This document shows positions 31,815-34,083 of a stretch of DNA of 34,083 nucleotides, in pieces. This DNA comes from a virus. Its lineage: Duplodnaviria; Caudoviricetes. The stretch spans positions 1 to 34,083 of IMG/VR virus record IMGVR_UViG_3300020044_005404. One strand, 5' to 3'. The notes under the pieces were generated by a model. The model worked only from the letters and a program-made list of their open reading frames with translations, ran no database searches and had not been told where the DNA came from. Position 1 is the stretch's first letter, and every line of letters starts with the position of its first letter. Position numbers and translations under genes: made by a program.

Positions 31815-32711
31815 ATGGCAACTACCGCAGGTGAATTTATCACAAAACTGGCTACAATGGCAGGGCTGTCTACATCAGACCCGGACATCGTAAGCATCCT
31901 ATCCAATTCCGAATTTAGTAACTATCGTCTCCCTGAAGGAGTTTACTCCAAAATCAATAGCTCTCTATTGACATTGGACTCCGCACGGAATAACGAAAAC
32001 TTACGCCGCCACTACCATGCTGAAATACTCAACGGTCTCGACAATAACATCGAGTCCATGTTGGAGCGTTTCGGTATAGATGGTGAAGTGGCTGACACGG
32101 TACGTCAAGAAAAGAAGACTACCGAAAAGTACAACCGACTCATCGAGCGGTTAAACGACCTTCACGCTAAAAAGGCTCAAAGCACTACCAAGAGTGACAA
32201 AGCCGAGTTAGAGAATGAAATCTCAAAACTAAACAATCAGGTGAAGGAATTGAACACCAAACTGCAAACAGCACCCGTAGAACGTGACCAGTTCTGGACA
32301 GAAAAGCTCAAGACAAAAGCTGTCCAAAACTTACTCACATCCTACAACTACGCAGGGGAAAAAGACATTCCGAAAGATGTTCTAATTGAGACAGCATCCG
32401 TTCTGCTTAACCGTAAGCTCAACGAGTCCAAAGTCCGATTAGAGTATTCTGCCGATAACGATAATATCAGTCTGAAAACCGAGTCAGGCATGGATTTCTA
32501 CAAGGATAATACGCCCATATCCTTCAAGTCGTTCGCCGACCAAGTGTTAGCAGAAAGTAAGCTCTTAGCTATCCCGGCCTCTCAAGGGGCAACTCAACCC
32601 GCCGCTTCTTCACAGCCTATGCCTTCTCAAACCATCGTACAAGGTAACGGGCGTGTCCAAGATGCTTCCAGATACCTAGCGGCACTGGATGACATTGCAT
32701 CAGGACGTTAA
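31815..32711 (+). CDS. Capsid scaffolding protein
   Basis: Coiled-coil-rich with a low-complexity linker and short C-terminal helix; directly upstream of the MCP. Confidence 0.7.
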   Translation: MATTAGEFITKLATMAGLSTSDPDIVSILSNSEFSNYRLPEGVYSKINSSLLTLDSARNNENLRRHYHAEILNGLDNNIESMLERFGIDGEVADTVRQEKKTTEKYNRLIERLNDLHAKKAQSTTKSDKAELENEISKLNNQVKELNTKLQTAPVERDQFWTEKLKTKAVQNLLTSYNYAGEKDIPKDVLIETASVLLNRKLNESKVRLEYSADNDNISLKTESGMDFYKDNTPISFKSFADQVLAESKLLAIPASQGATQPAASSQPMPSQTIVQGNGRVQDASRYLAALDDIASGR

Positions 32712-32725
32712 TACTAATCTAAACT

Positions 32726-33841
32726 ATGGCAAACGGTCTTGCTCCATATTTATTGAACGACATGAAGTCGTTAGTCGGCGGTGCCTATCCCGGCCACAAA
32801 GTCGACCTTAAGGGTTTCCTCGCTATGCTTACCTCTGGTAACGGCGCAAACCCTATCCAAACTTCTAACCTTGCAGGTCACAAGAAAGAAGTACGTTTCT
32901 GGTATCGTAACCGTAACACCAAGCCGCAGACTGATACGTCAGCATCATGCGACAATGTGTTAACTCCTGCTCGTAAAGAGTACACGGTATCCGTTGGTAA
33001 CACCCGTCAAATCGCATGGCACTTGCCTGATGAGTTGGTGGCTTCTTACATGGATGAGGCTTCTGCCCGTGTAAACATCCCCGGCGGTCCTATTGGCGGT
33101 GCTTCTGCTGAACTGTTGGACATCATCCTTTCTGGTGCTAACGGCATCTTGGAAGGTGTGAACGATGACCTGTTAGGTCTTATCACTTGGGGTAAGAACA
33201 AGGTAAGCGGTTCTAACGCTGCTGTTACCTTGAATATCTCTGCTGATTCTTCAGTTCAGAAGTTGACCACTGGCTTCCCTAAACTGTTGGGAGACTACAA
33301 GAAGAATAACCTCTCTGGTGTTCCTAACATCGTTGGTGCTGGTCTGTTCTACTCTTATATGCTGTCTCAGCCTTTCAAGAGCCCTGATCAGTCAGGTATG
33401 AACAGCATGATGGCTGCGGGTGGTGTGAACTTCTTCGCTGACCAAGACTTCGCTGATACCGTTGGTGCTGACCAAATCGGTGTATTCGAGCCGGGTTCTA
33501 TCCAACTTGTTGAGTACCTTGAGTACACTGGCTTCAAAGCAGGTGTTAAGCCGGGTTCTTCTGAGTTCGGTGTTATCGCTCTCCCTGCTGTTGCTTCTGA
33601 TGGCTCTCTGTTGCCTGTGAAGTTCGACTGGCAGCTGAAGTACATCGACTGTCCTACGACCTTGACGGACGCTTACAGCGGTCAATCGGCTACCTATCAG
33701 AAAGGTTGGAGCTTCATCATGAAGAAAGACTTCGGTCTGTTCCAATTGCCTTCTGACAGCTACCGTCAAGAAGATGGTAACTATTCAGTTAACGGCGCAT
33801 TGCGTTACAACGTAACGAACGCTTGCGACACTTGTTCCTAA
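32726..33841 (+). CDS. Major capsid protein
   Basis: 371 aa, strongly biased codon usage (GGT/GCT/TCT/TTC), canonical position after portal, minor head and scaffold genes. Confidence 0.8.
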   Translation: MANGLAPYLLNDMKSLVGGAYPGHKVDLKGFLAMLTSGNGANPIQTSNLAGHKKEVRFWYRNRNTKPQTDTSASCDNVLTPARKEYTVSVGNTRQIAWHLPDELVASYMDEASARVNIPGGPIGGASAELLDIILSGANGILEGVNDDLLGLITWGKNKVSGSNAAVTLNISADSSVQKLTTGFPKLLGDYKKNNLSGVPNIVGAGLFYSYMLSQPFKSPDQSGMNSMMAAGGVNFFADQDFADTVGADQIGVFEPGSIQLVEYLEYTGFKAGVKPGSSEFGVIALPAVASDGSLLPVKFDWQLKYIDCPTTLTDAYSGQSATYQKGWSFIMKKDFGLFQLPSDSYRQEDGNYSVNGALRYNVTNACDTCS

Positions 33842-33860
33842 TAGTGCCTAATCAATCACG

Positions 33861-34083
33861 ATGAATTGTCTAATCGACTATATCGGACTTACTGGATGCG
33901 GGGCTTCAAGCCCTGCATCCGGTTTGTTTATTAACTCCCTGCCGGGGATAAGCTTCAAATCTATTGAGCAACTGGCAGATTCTGAACAGCAGACATACGT
34001 AGGAGTTTGGAACGATGTCCAGCTACGAGCTACCAAGAAACTTGAACTAATGCTGAATATGGAGCTGTCAAAAAAACATAAGG
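33861..34083 (+). CDS. 5' part of the head-tail connector gene (continues at 244 after circularisation)
   Basis: MNCLIDYIGLTGCGASSPASGLFINSLPGISFKSIEQ..., in frame with ORF 60-956 through the terminal repeat. Confidence 0.85.
   Translation, partial: MNCLIDYIGLTGCGASSPASGLFINSLPGISFKSIEQLADSEQQTYVGVWNDVQLRATKKLELMLNMELSKKHK
33941..34083 (+). repeat. Terminal direct repeat, right copy
   Basis: Matches 101-243 at 137 of 143 positions. Confidence 0.95.

Noticed and set aside
32226-32237. 12-nt complement of 7909-7920 inside the scaffold gene
   Set aside because: Low-complexity A-rich match in mid-CDS, not at an initiation site; likely chance.
1250-33769. Minus-strand and alternate-frame ORFs in the track (e.g. 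2181-2582, 11064-11489, 14790-15272, 29156-29581, 33392-33769)
   Set aside because: Shadows of well-supported + strand genes, with no motifs or initiation signals; only 31727-31506 is retained.
33077-33949. Invertible segment (shufflon-like) bounded by GCCGGGGAT inverted repeats
   Set aside because: Only 9 bp, no recombinase gene, and inversion would destroy the capsid gene.
1-34083. Lysogeny module, tRNA genes, CRISPR array, alternative genetic code
   Set aside because: No integrase or CI-like gene, cloverleaf or repeat-spacer array recognised; the standard code gives dense, intact genes using all three stop codons.

Overview
Essentially complete genome (about 33,840 bp once circularised) of a tailed dsDNA phage, probably a siphovirus. 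It most likely infects a Bacteroidota host: genes lack Shine-Dalgarno sequences, initiation regions are A-rich, and TAnnTTTG -7 promoter boxes are present. All genes but one lie on the + strand. Order: neck/tail tube, envelope accessory cassette, lysis (3TM holin, M15 endolysin), early genes (ERF, RecE-like exonuclease, SSB, VRR-NUC, primase-helicase, AT-rich origin), FkbM methyltransferase, terminases, glycosyltransferases, frameshifted tail chaperone, tape measure, tail tip, glycosyltransferase, portal, head. No integrase, tRNA or CRISPR array was seen. Bases 101-243 repeat at 33941-34083 with 6 mismatches, and bases 1-109 are an inverted copy of capsid sequence (probable chimera). The most striking signal is a candidate ~85-nt kissing-loop RNA downstream of ssb whose linker is a perfect 14-nt antisense to the primase-helicase translation initiation region. 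Other signals are a tiny lipoprotein packed with Bacteroidota O-glycosylation sequons, a three-glycosyltransferase plus methyltransferase set embedded in morphogenesis genes, Cys-rich virion proteins alongside a CxxC membrane protein, and stand-alone WYL-regulator-HTH and alpha-CTD mimics. All family calls come from motif recognition by eye; no searches were run.
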